Shown here piece after piece: positions 51,247 to 64,000 of a stretch of DNA of 64,000 nucleotides (positions are counted from its first letter, which is position 1; each line of letters begins with the position of its first letter). The position numbers and the translations under genes were made by a program. The stretch lies in the NCBI RefSeq assembly GCF_036321535.1, contig NC_087436.1, positions 38,876,001 through 38,940,000 on the forward strand. The letters are read 5' to 3'. The notes beneath the pieces are model-generated. The model was not told the DNA's origin. It saw only the letters and a program-made list of their open reading frames with translations, and ran no database searches. This stretch comes from Camelus dromedarius. Lineage: Eukaryota.

Positions 51247-53718
51247 AATGGTTTGCCTGATATCTAAATTAAGAATTTCGGCTCCTGGAGTGGATTCTGA
51301 AAATGACTACAAACTTCTTGAACAAAGAAGATAGGATTGTGCACCAGAAGAATTTCAAACTCTAAGGGACCTCTCTTTCATTCTACACATTCTGTTACTC
51401 TCTAGGACTATATCCAATGGGTAATGATCTCACTCGTAGCTAAGTTCTTAAAACTTATTATTCAAAAGCAAGGGAAGGATTTTGAAAAAAGGAGTTAGAA
51501 GCTGTACAGAAAACACAGGCCCACGACATATTGGCTGTTAAGACTCAGTTTAATTTTTAGATTAAGTGGACCTCTGTTATGGTTGTCAGATTGATACAAT
51601 TTTAGAGAAATTATATATCCACTAATGGAAGGCTAGGATGTATGTCCTCCTACCTGATTGCTTCCCCTCACTTCCTTTTTAAGCTCTTGAACCCCCTAAA
51701 ACAGGACTGTGTGTTTCAAACCTGTTTTTTATTATTGTCAATGCATTGAGAACGTTTGTGCCCAAAACATAAGTTTTTTAAGTGTCTGTAACTTAAATAC
51801 TTCAGCAAAGTCAGCATATTTACTCATTCAGCAAATATTTGAGCACTTACTGTGGGCCAGGAACAGCAGAGAACAAAACAGGCAGAAAGTCTTGCCTTAA
51901 TTAAGTATGTTAACAAGAATTTACATTCTAGGGGTGATCAGCTAGTATTTAATGTGAAAGATTCACACTCCCCAAGCAGCTACTATAAGCCCTTCAGAAG
52001 CTATTCCTGTTACCCAACAGATGTTAGAAATGGGCTCTTGTCTTTGAAATTTGTGACATTTTATATATTGGAATTGCCTAAATATTTCAGGGCTATTCCC
52101 CTCCCTTAGAAACAGAGCATAGATCTGGTAAACTCTACATCCTCTACTTTTTAGAATGGCATTTAGGGTTGGTGTGAAATCCAAAATTGATTTTGGAGGA
52201 TTTTAGCCTAATGCGGTCTGTAAGCTTAACAGTTGTGCCTTCAGAGTACTGTTGAGTCTGCCTGAAGGGAACTTTATACAAAGGTTGAAGCATCTAGAGA
52301 AACAGAACTGAATTTTATTGAGGATACCGGATTGTTTCTGTGCTGCTTGCTAATAATTTTGTCCAATAAATGTTTATTGGACAGGTGAATTTGGTCTGAT
52401 TTGCTTTTGTTTTGACAAATTGTGTTGGGTTACACATACAGATTTCTAATCCATACTACCTTTCTGAACCTAAAATCACCCTACTGTGACAGCCACAACT
52501 ATTGAATATTCAGAAATTTTCTAGTACAGGGAATATGGAGAGATCTTACTGTTGTGACATGACTGTAAGTGGCATACAAAATGGTGACAGTATGAAGTTT
52601 GACTCTCCTACAGATGAAATTTGTCTACCACTGAATTGTACCATCTCAAGGACAGTGACTGCATAAAGTACCCACATTTGAAGGCTTTTAACTGGATAAA
52701 TGGGACACCAAGAAGAGGTGGCAAACTTGCTATAACAAAAACAAATTTAAAAAGTACTATCAATGTGATTTTAGTCTGATAAATTCCTTTGTAAATTTCA
52801 CAAATCCATATACGTGAAATGATTGTTTTAATAACCATTTAAAATAAATTGGCTAATGAGCAATTGTGAGGTAGTCTTTAGGGGTTTGTTACACCTAAAA
52901 ATTTTAGGATGTAGAGGGTTCCATATACCTGGACCCTGAATGGCATGGGAATACATGCAGAGACTACAGGATATTTAGTGAGGGCATTTAATGTAGAGGT
53001 TATTATGCTCTAGGGCAAGGATCATCAAACTTCATCAATAGGCCGTATCTGGCCCACCGCCTCTCTTTATAAGGCCTGTGAGCTAAGAATGACTTTTACC
53101 TCAAAATGATTGAAAAAAAATCAAAAGACTACTTCATGATGTGAAAATGATATAAAATCCAAGTTTCAATGCTGAGCTATCAAGATTTACTAAAACAGAC
53201 ATGCCCCCATTCATTTGCATATTGCAATGTAAATGTTGTTATGGCTGCTTTCACACTATAGTGGCAAAGTTGAGTAGTTGTTACAGAGACCCTATGGTCC
53301 ACAAACCCTAAATTACCTACTCTCTGGCTCCTTACAGAAAGTTTACCAACTCCTGTAGGAACCCTCCTTTAGACCTTGCTGGAGCTGAACTCTTGGGAGT
53401 CTCCTGTGATAAATTTTATGATCAACAATGTTCCAAGTTCACCCCTGAACCTTAAATTGACTTAGTTTCCCATAAAACAATTCACAAGGATTAAGAGGAA
53501 GCCACAGTTCACGAATGCAAAGAAAAGTCCCACCATATGAAGTTAAAAATCAGTTTATCCCCCCCAAAATTCTGAACCAGAAGAAACTGACTTCACATGA
53601 AAATACTTTGAAGTATTTTGAACATTACAACAATTATTGGTTGCATCATTTAAAAAGTTATTATAAGCTTATAACCAGAAGAAAACATATAAAAATAAAT
53701 AGGCACCCTAGAAATAAA
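51247..53718 (+). other. C4orf3: C4orf3 exon 2: final A of TGA plus 3' UTR (3' end uncertain)
   Basis: TTGTTTTTTACAG|A acceptor completes TG+A; candidate AATAAA at 52365, 52843, ~53694 and ~53713. Confidence 0.7.
53015..53355. mobile_element. MER58B-like hAT-Charlie MITE
   Basis: GGCCGTATCTGGCCCACCGCC...GAGCTAAGAATG...TTACAGAAAGTTTACCAACTCCTG. Confidence 0.75.
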
Positions 53719-55777
53719 AAACTTTACATGTGAATGATTAGTTGGTAAATACATATTCAGTCTATATTTGGAGTGTTGAATCAGCATGAAAACAAACGGT
53801 CAGTTTCTAGTTTGTTAATACTATTACATGATTCAGGAGGTTTCAACCGGACAGTACTTAAAAACGAGCCCAAACTGGACATTTCTATTTGATGTTTACA
53901 ATTCAATTTTGAGTTGACTCTCATACAAATCTGTGATACTGCTTTTAAGTATCAGAAATTAGTTTAAATGTTTCAAATAATGCATTTTCAACTGGACATA
54001 AACCAAAAATGAAGTACACAAAGTTTTTGAAAGTTATTAAAAATACTTGGAGCTCATTTTTCTAGTATTTTAGTGTTACAAAAGCAGTAATTAAATACAC
54101 TGACATTTCAAATACAATTTTACAAACTTTACAACATTTACAAACCCTCCATACTAGAAACTATATTAAAAATAAGCTTTCTTAAAGATAAAATTTTATT
54201 TAGTTGATATTCAAGTGTTTCTAAATTAAGAGAACATAAAGTAATAATCACCTACTGTTATAATTAGAAAAGGTTACTAAAAATTTCTCTAGGTGGAAGA
54301 CAAAATTTGGCCAAGACTTGATAAGTGTGTGAGTTTAGACTTCTACAAGCAATTATTTTCTACTTATCTAGAATTATTCATTTTTAATCATTTACATTGT
54401 GGAATATTTTAATGATTTAGGTCAAAATATTAAATTTACTAATTAGTTTATGGAATTATTACATTTTATCTGTAAAATTTATCCATTGATGAATGTAAGG
54501 AAAATTTCATTTCTATGATTCTGTAATTTTATTTCTATAATAAGTGAACAATATAAAACTATTCTAAACCACAATTAGTTTACCAGCTTAGTATAAAACT
54601 AAATGACAACTGTGAAATAAGGCAATTAAAGTACTTATTTTCACTGGTAAGGTCATCATAATATTGGAAAATTCCTTTATTTTTAAAAGAAAGCCTTCTC
54701 CATGGAAGTAGGTGGAGTAAAATTACTATTGGTTTAGACTAGAAAAAAGGGAGGCATGCTCAAATTAATACATTTCATTAAAATCAAATCTTCTATATGA
54801 AAGGCAGAAATTTAATCTGAAAACCCAGAAAGATTTTCCAATTTAAGAGTATGAAAATCACTAAAGTGGGCTGACAACCTATAAACAGATAAGATTATAG
54901 TAGGGAAAATTTAGGCAGTCACAGTGATATTCTTATTTAGAGAGCCTTAGGTTAATTCCTAACACTGGTTATTAGTGGCCCAAAGTAAACCAAACCAAAA
55001 TAAAAATCTTTCACATTTCATATAAAATTAGAAAAAATTGTAACAAGATAAATAAATATACCAAAGTGAAGTGATTATTTTTAGCTTACATGGCTGAAAT
55101 AATATTTATAAATGCATACTATAACAAAGGCCTAATTTATGTTAACTAGGCATTCTGAAAACAAAAATTCTAGGAGCAAAGTTAAGTCTTTTCTGACCTT
55201 GAGAATTTAATTTAAAAACTGCTTTATCATTAAGGCTTTTTTTCCAAATGCTATCAATTTCATGGGTCAACATTTTCTTAAGACACTTAAAGGGGCCATA
55301 TGTAGTAGACTATCACAGAAGTCAAAAGCAAATGGGTGAAGTCCTCTTTTGGCTACCCATTAGAAAGTGCTTCTTCACAAAGCAATACTGCTTTGACTAT
55401 ACAAACTATCACCTGATACCTTTCAGTTAGCAGAGTTTTCCAATCTACATATGAGTACTGGTTTAATACTTACGGGTCTACTAGTCAGAAAATAAAGCAG
55501 ATAAATTACAGTTCTACTCAACTGCAGTATATGATGAATGACATTTTTGCATATCCCCTGCTTTTCTCTTTTTTGAGATATGCCAAGACAATTGAGAGGG
55601 AATTTCTAAAATATCCAATAAGCTTATCTTCAAAAAAAATAAAATAGCTATATGGAAAGTTAAAGTGATTAATGACTTTAAAAATGCCATGGTTTTTAAT
55701 TTCATATATCACTAGGTTTGGTCAGTCAATTAATGGTTAACGGTCTCTGATAAATATAAGCTTGCCGGTTTCATTGT

Positions 55778-56768
55778 TTATCTATTACAATGTATACCAG
55801 GTTTATATCTTTGCCCAGAAGGGCAATTTGAACCAAGGCCACTATGTAACACAGGTCCTAGCTCTCTTTCACTCTGAGACAGTGAATTATCATTACAAAA
55901 GCCACTGCTCTCTGGAAAACAGAGCTTGGGCCTCTGATGGTATTTCAATCTATACGTATCAGTCATGCAGTTATCAACTGAAAAATAGGTAGTTAATGAA
56001 ACTGTCTCACTTGGACCGGTAGAACCAGAGTCTATTTCTGGTTGGCAAAAAGCATCAACAACTGTACCCGAGTCTGCCTGGAAATTACTAGTGAAAGAGC
56101 TAGATGGTGAGTCTGGTGTGTTGCCAACACGCTCTTTTCCTTGAAATGGTTCATTAGGTCTTTCATCATTTATATATGTGCTCACTTCTAGACCTGGTTC
56201 TGAAGCTGTACTTAAACTGTGTTTTGGAAGACTAGAAGAATTAGTTTTAAACATCTCCGTAAGTTTGACATCAGGTGTAGAATCACTTTTCTCTGACTGT
56301 GGCACACTGGCTGTAGCATATTTCTTTGGTGGCAGAGGGGGTGGTGGATGCTGGCAAACAAGTTTTGGCATCTGACAACCATCAGATCTGCAAGTTGACG
56401 GAATTATACATTCCCTGGGTAAAGAGTTCTCAGAGGAACACTGCTCCAGCATATTCTGCTGCTGGAGGAGGGGAGCAGTATCTGGCTTTAACTCCACAGT
56501 TCTCATGTGTGACGACCACAATGAAGATGATGAGACTGTTTCATTACTGTTCACTCTCTTTCCAGAAGCAGAATTATCATCAGTGGAAAAAAGCAAGCCT
56601 GTTCTCTCAGAATTTTCTGTTTTAAGCCACTCGGAAAATTTGCATTCACTTGATCTTTCAAGTTTCTGTTCATCTGTCTGGTGGGTCTGCTGTCTTCCTG
56701 TATGGTCCTTGAGTGTTTGTGAACTGGACGAAGGGAATAACTTTCCATTGGCTTCACGTATATGTGAC
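55778..56768 (-). CDS. USP53: Ubiquitin-specific peptidase 53, last coding exon
   Basis: TTTCAG|G acceptor at 56770/56768; [15 protein letters not shown]...[11 protein letters not shown]...[29 protein letters not shown]...; TAA at 55780-55778; 991 bp. Confidence 0.95.
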
Positions 56769-57704
56769 CTGAAATATAGAAACAAAGCTAAAACACCAAA
56801 TGCAAATATGCAAAACAAGTTTTTGTCCTGTAGTTTAACTTCCTAATATAGTATTGATGTTATTTACATAACATAAAAACAGAAATGGAAAGCTATTTGC
56901 AACCATTAACATTTTACATTCTCTGAATCCAAAATCTTTATGCCAGAATACATTAATGTTTACCAGAAACACCTGTCATTACCAAATTCAGATTTCTAAT
57001 AATTGGAAGTATAATTAAAAAAAAAAACAAATTTCAACTTACAAACACTGAAATTACATTTACTGTGATAAGATATAGCACAGATTTATGGAAAATGTTA
57101 CAAGCAAATAATTCAACACTTCCCAGCCAAAGTTACAAAGTTTATAGCAATAGAGGTACTTCAACTTTGATATATAATGCTATAAGGATAGTATACTAAT
57201 TAAAAATAATTTATCCAGTCAAGATTACCTTTAAGTAATAATTAACTTCTAAGATGAAGATAAATGATATCACATTGCAAATTATGTATCTTCATATGAT
57301 TAAATTATTTTCCTCACGTGAATTGCACAGAATTCAGTTAGAGCAGAGATGAAAAGAGTTGACTCTCTGTTAGGTAGATAAAAGCTACATTCAAACCTCA
57401 ACTCCTCTACTTTGGGCAAATTACTTAATCTATGCCCCAAATTTTCTCTTTTGTAAAATACCATCTACCTCAAAACAATGCTGTGAGGATTAAAAAATAC
57501 AACCATATATAGTGCCAGGTACTTTGTAGGCCCCCTCTCATTAAGGGCTACAACCTTTTAATGATCCCAACAAGATATGCATCATAATACTATAGACCCA
57601 CTGCTTTCAGAGTAGTAATATGTTCATATGCCTTTCTGATAGAGTCCCTATAATACATACATACAATTTAAAAAGATTTTAGTATCCCAAATAGCTGTGA
57701 TTAC

Positions 57705-57798
57705 CTTTTTATCAATGGATTTTTTATTTGTAGATGTGATTCTGGGTGGAACTCAGATTTACAGCCTACTTCCAAGTTCTTGAATTCTTTTCTAAAAC
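57705..57798 (-). CDS. USP53: USP53 penultimate coding exon
   Basis: CTCTTCAG acceptor; (G)[30 protein letters not shown](R); donor GTAATC; 94 bp, phase joins the last exon. Earlier exons lie beyond the window. Confidence 0.93.
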
Positions 57799-58389
57799 CT
57801 GAAGAGGGAGAGAGGAAAAAAATTCTTTAAGTGATCTTGTAGAATTTACTCCAGCTGTACTTCTCCATAATTTATACAAGGTTTTCTATAAACAGGTAAT
57901 TCTCTTCTAATTAACAGACAAAAACTAATTCTTCAAGACTCAGCTCAAATAGTAACTCTTTTCTAAACCCTTTTTACAAAATTAGTGGTTCTCTTCTCAA
58001 TTTATTATCACTTGAAAATGTCAGCCATGTCCAAAAAGTGCTATTCCTGATGCATCATGTGGAGCCGGGTTTCCTCTGTTTACTCTTTACTGGGAAAATG
58101 GTGGCAAAAACCTCACATTTGAAGATAGACGACTTGAGCTGAAGTTTGGATTCACTGCTTATTGGTTGGTAACTTTACAATCTCACAACAAACTTTACAA
58201 CCTTACAGTCTCGGTTTCCTCATTTAAGTAATGAGATTCTGATACCTATTTACCTATCTCACAGGAATAGTAGGAACATCAACTGAATTTGAATGAGTGG
58301 GAGGGTATTGTAACACATAAAATGTTATCCCATCACTAACTAGCTACCCTTACTGACTGCTTACTCAAGTTGTAAGAAGTTGATAATAA

Positions 58390-58800
58390 TCATTTCGTCT
58401 AATCTTTACAACTGAGCACCATTTTTACTTGAAAAGACAATGAACAAACTTTGGTTTGGGTATCTGTCAGAAAATTTCCTTGAAAATGAAAGACGTGAAC
58501 CTGTCACACTCCCAGGAAAGCAACTGGCACTATTTACTGCCAATGATAAAAATTCAAGCTTTTAGATGAACGTAAGAGTTGAAAAATTTGTATTTACAAC
58601 CACGACTTTCATAGTTTCTCAATAGTTATAAGGACTTTCTGCTAATATCTGTGGTGATACTTAAAAATATGTTCTTTTAAAAAATACAGAAAGAAATGTA
58701 TCAACAATTGGAAGACTTGCATAATTTAGCAAACCAGTATTTTCAAATGAAGATACATGGATGTTTCAAAATCATGCATGAGTAAAAGGATTTATTCATT
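58390..58800 (+). mobile_element. hAT-Charlie transposase relic
   Basis: CACCATTTTTACTTGAAA...TTTGGGTATCTG...GCCAATGATAAAATTCAAGCTTT resembles Charlie1 internal sequence. Confidence 0.55.
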
Positions 58801-59077
58801 CTTTCAATGAATAAATATTTTGAATTTTTAGCTTTAATGCCTAATACAGCAAAATTAATAGATACAACCTATAGCAACAAAAGCTGTTTGAGGCCTTCAA
58901 TACCTATGAAAACAACTGTTCCAGCTGGTTGCAAAGAGGCATCTTTTTAAAATCTGAGTTACAACTATTCTGTGAAGTAACTTCCCTTTTTATACCCAGG
59001 GAATTGAGACTTATGGAAGTTAAGTGACCTAACTAATGCCAGAAAGCTGGTGCAGCACTCAAACCAGTCCAGGGTCA

Positions 59078-59197
59078 ACTTCAAAGCCACTACCTGTAAG
59101 CCCTCTTTCACATATGCCACTAAAACACAAGGTCATTACTTCAAAGCCACTACCTGTAAGCCCTCTTTCACATATGCCACTAAAACACAAGGTCATT
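59078..59197. repeat. Perfect 60-bp tandem duplication
   Basis: 59078-59137 is identical to 59138-59197. Confidence 0.97.
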
Positions 59198-59506
59198 GTA
59201 CAGAATCTCCTTCTGATGAAACTAGGCCATTAGTTTGAACATCAAACAACTTAATACACTTCAATGTGGTGATGCCCATAGAAAATACCAAAATATATGG
59301 CATTAGATTGAATTTTTAGTGCACTGCCTATACTTCTGTACAATTCCAGTAAATTTTTCTGTATTTTCCCTTATTTTTAGTTTGCCTTTTCATCATGTTA
59401 ATTTATGTTTCCTCTTGTTCTCATGCTTCTAGTCTACTGCACACCAAATCTGTGAACTGATGATTGCAAGGAAAACAAAATCAAACTATTAAAAGCAGCA
59501 ACTTTA

Positions 59507-59575
59507 CATATAACAGAACTTTATTTTAGATGCCTTTTTACATAATAACAGAACTTTATTTTAGATGCCTTTTTA
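59507..59575. repeat. ~35-bp tandem duplication
   Basis: ATAACAGAACTTTATTTTAGATGCCTTTTTA at 59510-59540 and 59545-59575. Confidence 0.92.
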
Positions 59576-61989
59576 TCCCAAAATTGATGTTCTACATACA
59601 TTTTTTAAAAACTACCCTGTCCCTCAAAATTCAATTGGAATCTATCAAAATATCTAAACATCACCCTATTTTAAAAAACCTATACTGATTATTAACTGAC
59701 TCTGTAAGTTAAACCTTGGAAGTAATTTCCAAGAAAAACTGGTGTAATATACATGATAAATTAATATTCTTTATGTCATATTGCTCACACAGTAATTGAC
59801 AGCTCCCAATAAAAATGAAAGACATACTGTTTTTTCTTCTTTTAAATCATCCCCACTCTGTCCACCATATTCCCAACTCACTGATCCAGGACAAGGTAAG
59901 TATAAATGGAGAAAAATTCTTCTTACCTTCCCCACCTCTGCCAACCTATTTGTAAGTCTACTAAGTGCCATAGTAATAAAGTCGCAAAAATAAAAGGCAA
60001 TATATTTTACCCCAGAGAGCCTTAGTTGCTTGTCAAGTTGACACAATGCCTGAGGCTCAAAAACTAAGCCTGTCTTTGATGGTTACCTAATGATTTTTTT
60101 TAAATTGCTGTCAAAAAGAACCTTGATTATTTTTCAAGTCTGTAAAGTCTTTAAAGTCTTAAAAATTTGTAAGTTGACGTTACATTATAAATTTCCCACT
60201 CACTGTGATTTTGACTTGAGAATGTTTATTATACTTTTTCACTTACCCATAACTTCAAGTTTAATACTCAAAAGCACAAGAAAAAGCAAATACTTCATTC
60301 TTAAAGAATTATTTAGTTTTATTAAAGTATCCACACAATGGGCAGCAGGAGGCAGCAGAGGTTTCATAAATATGTTTGAAATTTTAATATCACTATGGCA
60401 GGCATTCAACCAAGTGGTTTGACTTCAGAATTCCAACTAACTTAAAAATAGATGTGTTATTTTTCTCTTCTGCTGACACAGGCATCCATGTGTCTTTAAT
60501 GGGAATTTTGGCTCCTGGTTCTTTGCAAATCTAAGATAGTCGCATTTTAACACTTTGCATGGAAGCTACTTCAACATCAAGGGAAGAAGCTTTAATTAAT
60601 AATGCTAATTTTGATACTACATACAAAAAAACCTAAAGCCCAAGAGTCAAGAAATCAAAATACATATACTTCAGCTGAAAAGATGACCTAGGTTTAAAAC
60701 AGACTTACACAGCTAGTCTAGACACTGTGACCCTAATCTTGTGGTATAGGGAGCTTTGATTATAATAATAACTGCAGTTACAAAAACTAAACATTCAAGA
60801 GTAATAACCTAGTCAATGGCCTGATTTATGATAAAATTACATTTAAATAAAATTTGAATACTTTAGAAAAATCACAAAACTTTAACTGGATAGATATTTC
60901 TGGCTAAATTTAAACTGTATGCCAAAAGGAGTAGAGAGATACTTCAACATATAAAAACAAAATCAACTGCTAAAAGTACCTCGTTGTCTAAGTATACTTT
61001 CTAATGTATTTATTTTAAATGTATACATACTCTGCAGTTTGCCAAAAACATCTTGGAGAAAATAATCACACTTGTGTACAGGAAGAAACTCTTCCAATAA
61101 AGTCTTTTTCATTTTCTAATTTTAGGATTTAACATGAAGGGTAGTATATTTCACTTAACATAGTGCAAGTACAGATATTTTTTAAGAATAAGAATTAAGG
61201 AAATTAACAAGTTTTTTTGACCACTGATTAACTTCTTTCACTCTTATTTGTCAAGATCAAGATTCTCAGCTTGAAGTAATCCGGATTTCTATGATTAACT
61301 GAGATTAAGCCAAGTATTGCAGACTCCAAAGTAAATGGCAAACAAAGTTTTTTGAAAGACCTAATAATTCCTTTGTGATTTGTCATGTATAATCTGTGAA
61401 TATCCTAATGTATATTTAATTTCAGTAGATAACCTTGCTCCATAGAGAAGAGTTCATTAGGTACACACAATACACACTGTGTGGTACCCACACTCACCTT
61501 TCTCTCCCATTACAAAAAAACTACTACTCCTTTAATTCAGCACTACCTCCAGAGATCTTACTCCATCAATTATTGTGCTATTCTATTCTTCTCTTCACAC
61601 CTTTCTCATCCTCTGTACATCATTAGTTCCTTACCCTCTGTAGCATAAGTGCAAAACTAAGTTCTTGGTTTCATTTTTTTCCTCTAGGTATGGCTTCATT
61701 GCTATTCACAGCAAAGGTTTTGACAGACATGTGCTAAATCCATTTATTTACTTCTTATTCTGCTGTAATCTTTTTTGAAAAACCTTCTATTTGGAGATTA
61801 TTTCAAAAAGTTCAAAAAAGATTGACCTTGAATGATTAAAACTACCACAAATACCTTCCTGTATATCCTTCACTCAGATTCACTTATTAACATTTTACTC
61901 CATTTAAATTCTGATCCCCATTTGAGAGTGAGTTACAAATATCATGGCCCTTTACTTCCAAACACTTCAGTCCCACCTCAGTCTTGCTC

Positions 61990-62990
61990 CTATTCTAATG
62001 TTCCTCTAATGCCACTCTTACTGTGTCACTAATGACTTACTAACTCCTAATTCAAACTGGCACTTTTTATTCCTTATTCGGCTTAATCTGTGACCACTTT
62101 TCTTCTTGAAACTCCCCATTTTCCTGTAATAACTCCCTCTCCTGTATTTTCTCATACCTTCTAGATAACTCTTCATTCTTTTCTTTAGTTGCTCCTTCTC
62201 TCTATCCTTAGCTCATCCCTTTTACTTAGCAAAAGTCATGTTCCTTCGTCTATTTTTTGCCCCCAAATCTCCCATTTTCTTGAGTGATATTGTCCATGTC
62301 TATGGCATTCAATTTTCACATTTGTTGATGGCTACCAAAACATAATCTTTCCTGCTTTCCAGACATATATTCCTAACTGCCTAATAAATCTATTTACCTA
62401 GATGACAAACCTCAAAATAAATTTGGCATCCTCTCTCACTCCCAAAATTTATTCCTTCTTCCTATATTCCTCCATTAGGTGAATGGTGAATCTACTTACA
62501 TAAGGCCCAAATACAGCCACCCCCAACTTTTCCTTTTCCCCTATTCTGTATGTCTGTCAAAAAAGCTGATTCCACTGTCCTCTTATTCTTACAATCTTTC
62601 AAATCTTCTTTCTTCACACTGATACTGCCTTAGTTTACACTCTCATCTTTTCCCTAGGCTATTAAAGTAGTCATCCAACTAATTTCTCTCCCACCACTCC
62701 AAATGCACCCTCTGCACTGCCACCAAAGAGTCCTTTCTAAAATGCAAACTGGAGTATGCTACTCTCCTCGTCCTGTGGTGCCTTTCCACTTACTGTAGGA
62801 TTTAAAAATAGCAAAGAAGTTTCATCATGATTTGGCTTCTATCTATCCTCCATCCATCATTTCGCAATTTCCATCTATGCATTCCAGCCCTGCATAAACC
62901 AAACTACGTATTCGTCCAATATGTAATATTTTTTCCTGACCAAGTGCTTTTGAACATGTCATTTCTTCTGTCTTGAATGTAATTTAAGGC
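61990..62990. mobile_element. L2 LINE fragment
   Basis: Pyrimidine-rich L2-like sequence (TTCTTGAAACTC..., CTGCACTGCCACCAAAGAGTCCTTTCTAAAATGCAAA). Other L2 pieces at ~36540-36840 and 41560-41860. Confidence 0.55.
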
Positions 62991-63229
62991 ATTTGAAATT
63001 CTCCCCATTAGAGAGCCATTTTTAAAAGAGGAGCTAAAATAATCTAAATGGCATTGTGGAATTTCAACAATGTTCCCAAGTAATAGCTTTAGCAGTGTAG
63101 GTATGTTTTTTTTTGTAGCAGAACCCATAATGAGACAGGCTGTATAATCTCTCTATCAATGAGAAACTATTAGTGAGATAATTACAATGGCATTATTATA
63201 AAGTTCTCTACCATCATATAAATTTGTAT

Positions 63230-63672
63230 AATATTGAAAACTTATTGAAATGCCAAAATAGGAAAATAAACAAAATATGTTATATCATATAATGTAATAT
63301 CACTCAGCCTTAAAAAGGAATGAAATTCTAACACACACTACAACATGGATGAACTCTGAAGACATTGTGCTACATGAAATAAACCAGTTGCAAAAAAGAC
63401 AAGACTGAATGATTCTACCAGTATGAGGTACCTAGAGGAGTCAAATTCACAGAGACAGAGAGTAGAATGGTGCTTGCTAGGGGATGTGGGGAGGAGGAAA
63501 TGGGGAGTTCACAGGCAGTTTCAATTTGAGAAGATGAAAGACTTATGGAGACAGATGGTAGTAATGGTGGCAAAACAATGTGAATGTACTTAATACCATT
63601 CAACTGTCACTTAAAAACGGTTACAATAACAAAGTTCGTTATGCGTATTTTACAAGAAAAAAAATTATTTTT
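63230..63672 (+). mobile_element. L1MB-type 3' end
   Basis: CTCAGCCTTAAAAAGGAATGAAATTC...ACAACATGGATGAAC...GAGGTACCTAGAGGAGTCAAATTCACAGAGACAG. Confidence 0.8.
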
Positions 63673-64000
63673 AAGTGGGCTACATACACAGTCTTTCATA
63701 TTAAGTGGGGAAAGCCACTACAAAGCTCTTATAGCAATGCACTCCTGACCATCACAATCTCTATGACCTTGTGCTTTTATTAATATCAGGAAGCAAGCAT
63801 CATTTTGTAAAGAGCACTGAACTTGCAGTTATTGTTCAAATTCACCGACTTCTGCTGTTGATTTCTGGCCAGCCCTTTACTGTTTCCTGTGATACTTGGT
63901 GTTACCAGACTTTTATCAGATTTTTAAAACAGGCGAGACATTTTATATGGGAAAGGAAGGTTATTTCCTTAATATAAGTGTTTCCTTCTGATATTATACC

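Noticed and set aside
56769..56818. N-terminus [16 protein letters not shown] of the 346-aa minus-strand ORF, which looks like a signal peptide
   Set aside because: It is the translated polypyrimidine tract of the USP53 intron; the real exon starts at 56768.
59078..59575. Direct repeats as a possible CRISPR-like array
   Set aside because: Only two adjacent copies each with no spacer series, in eukaryotic intron DNA.
59920..59965. Strong minus-strand donor (GAAG|GTAAG) as a possible further USP53 exon
   Set aside because: Translation does not resemble USP53 and there is no convincing acceptor; at most cryptic.

Overview
Mammalian nuclear DNA, very likely camelid because it carries a Vic-1-type tRNA-derived SINE. 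It corresponds to the conserved PDE5A-FABP2-C4orf3(ARLN)-USP53 block. On the + strand: probable PDE5A 3' UTR (~1-3410, inferred from synteny only), a complete 4-exon FABP2 gene (132 aa, 30806-34129) and the 2-exon C4orf3/ARLN SERCA-regulin gene (68 aa, CpG-island promoter, stop codon split by the intron). On the - strand: the last two coding exons of USP53. The rest is mostly repeat-rich: two rearranged L1s, a solo ERV1 LTR with TSD, a decayed MER34-type provirus (integrase, HEMO-like env, 3' LTR, inverted PBS/leader), MaLR/ERVL LTRs, MER5/MER8/MER58/Charlie DNA-transposon relics, MIR and L2. I find no prokaryote-type features and cannot demonstrate a wholly new system. The best leads are an open 112-codon N-terminal extension of ARLN next to an ERV LTR, a HEMO-related env fossil with a reconstructable furin site, a 5'-UTR duplication at the FABP2 start codon, a palindromic two-strand poly(A) signal between convergent genes and an internally deleted L1. 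Family names and human comparisons come from memory, not from searches.
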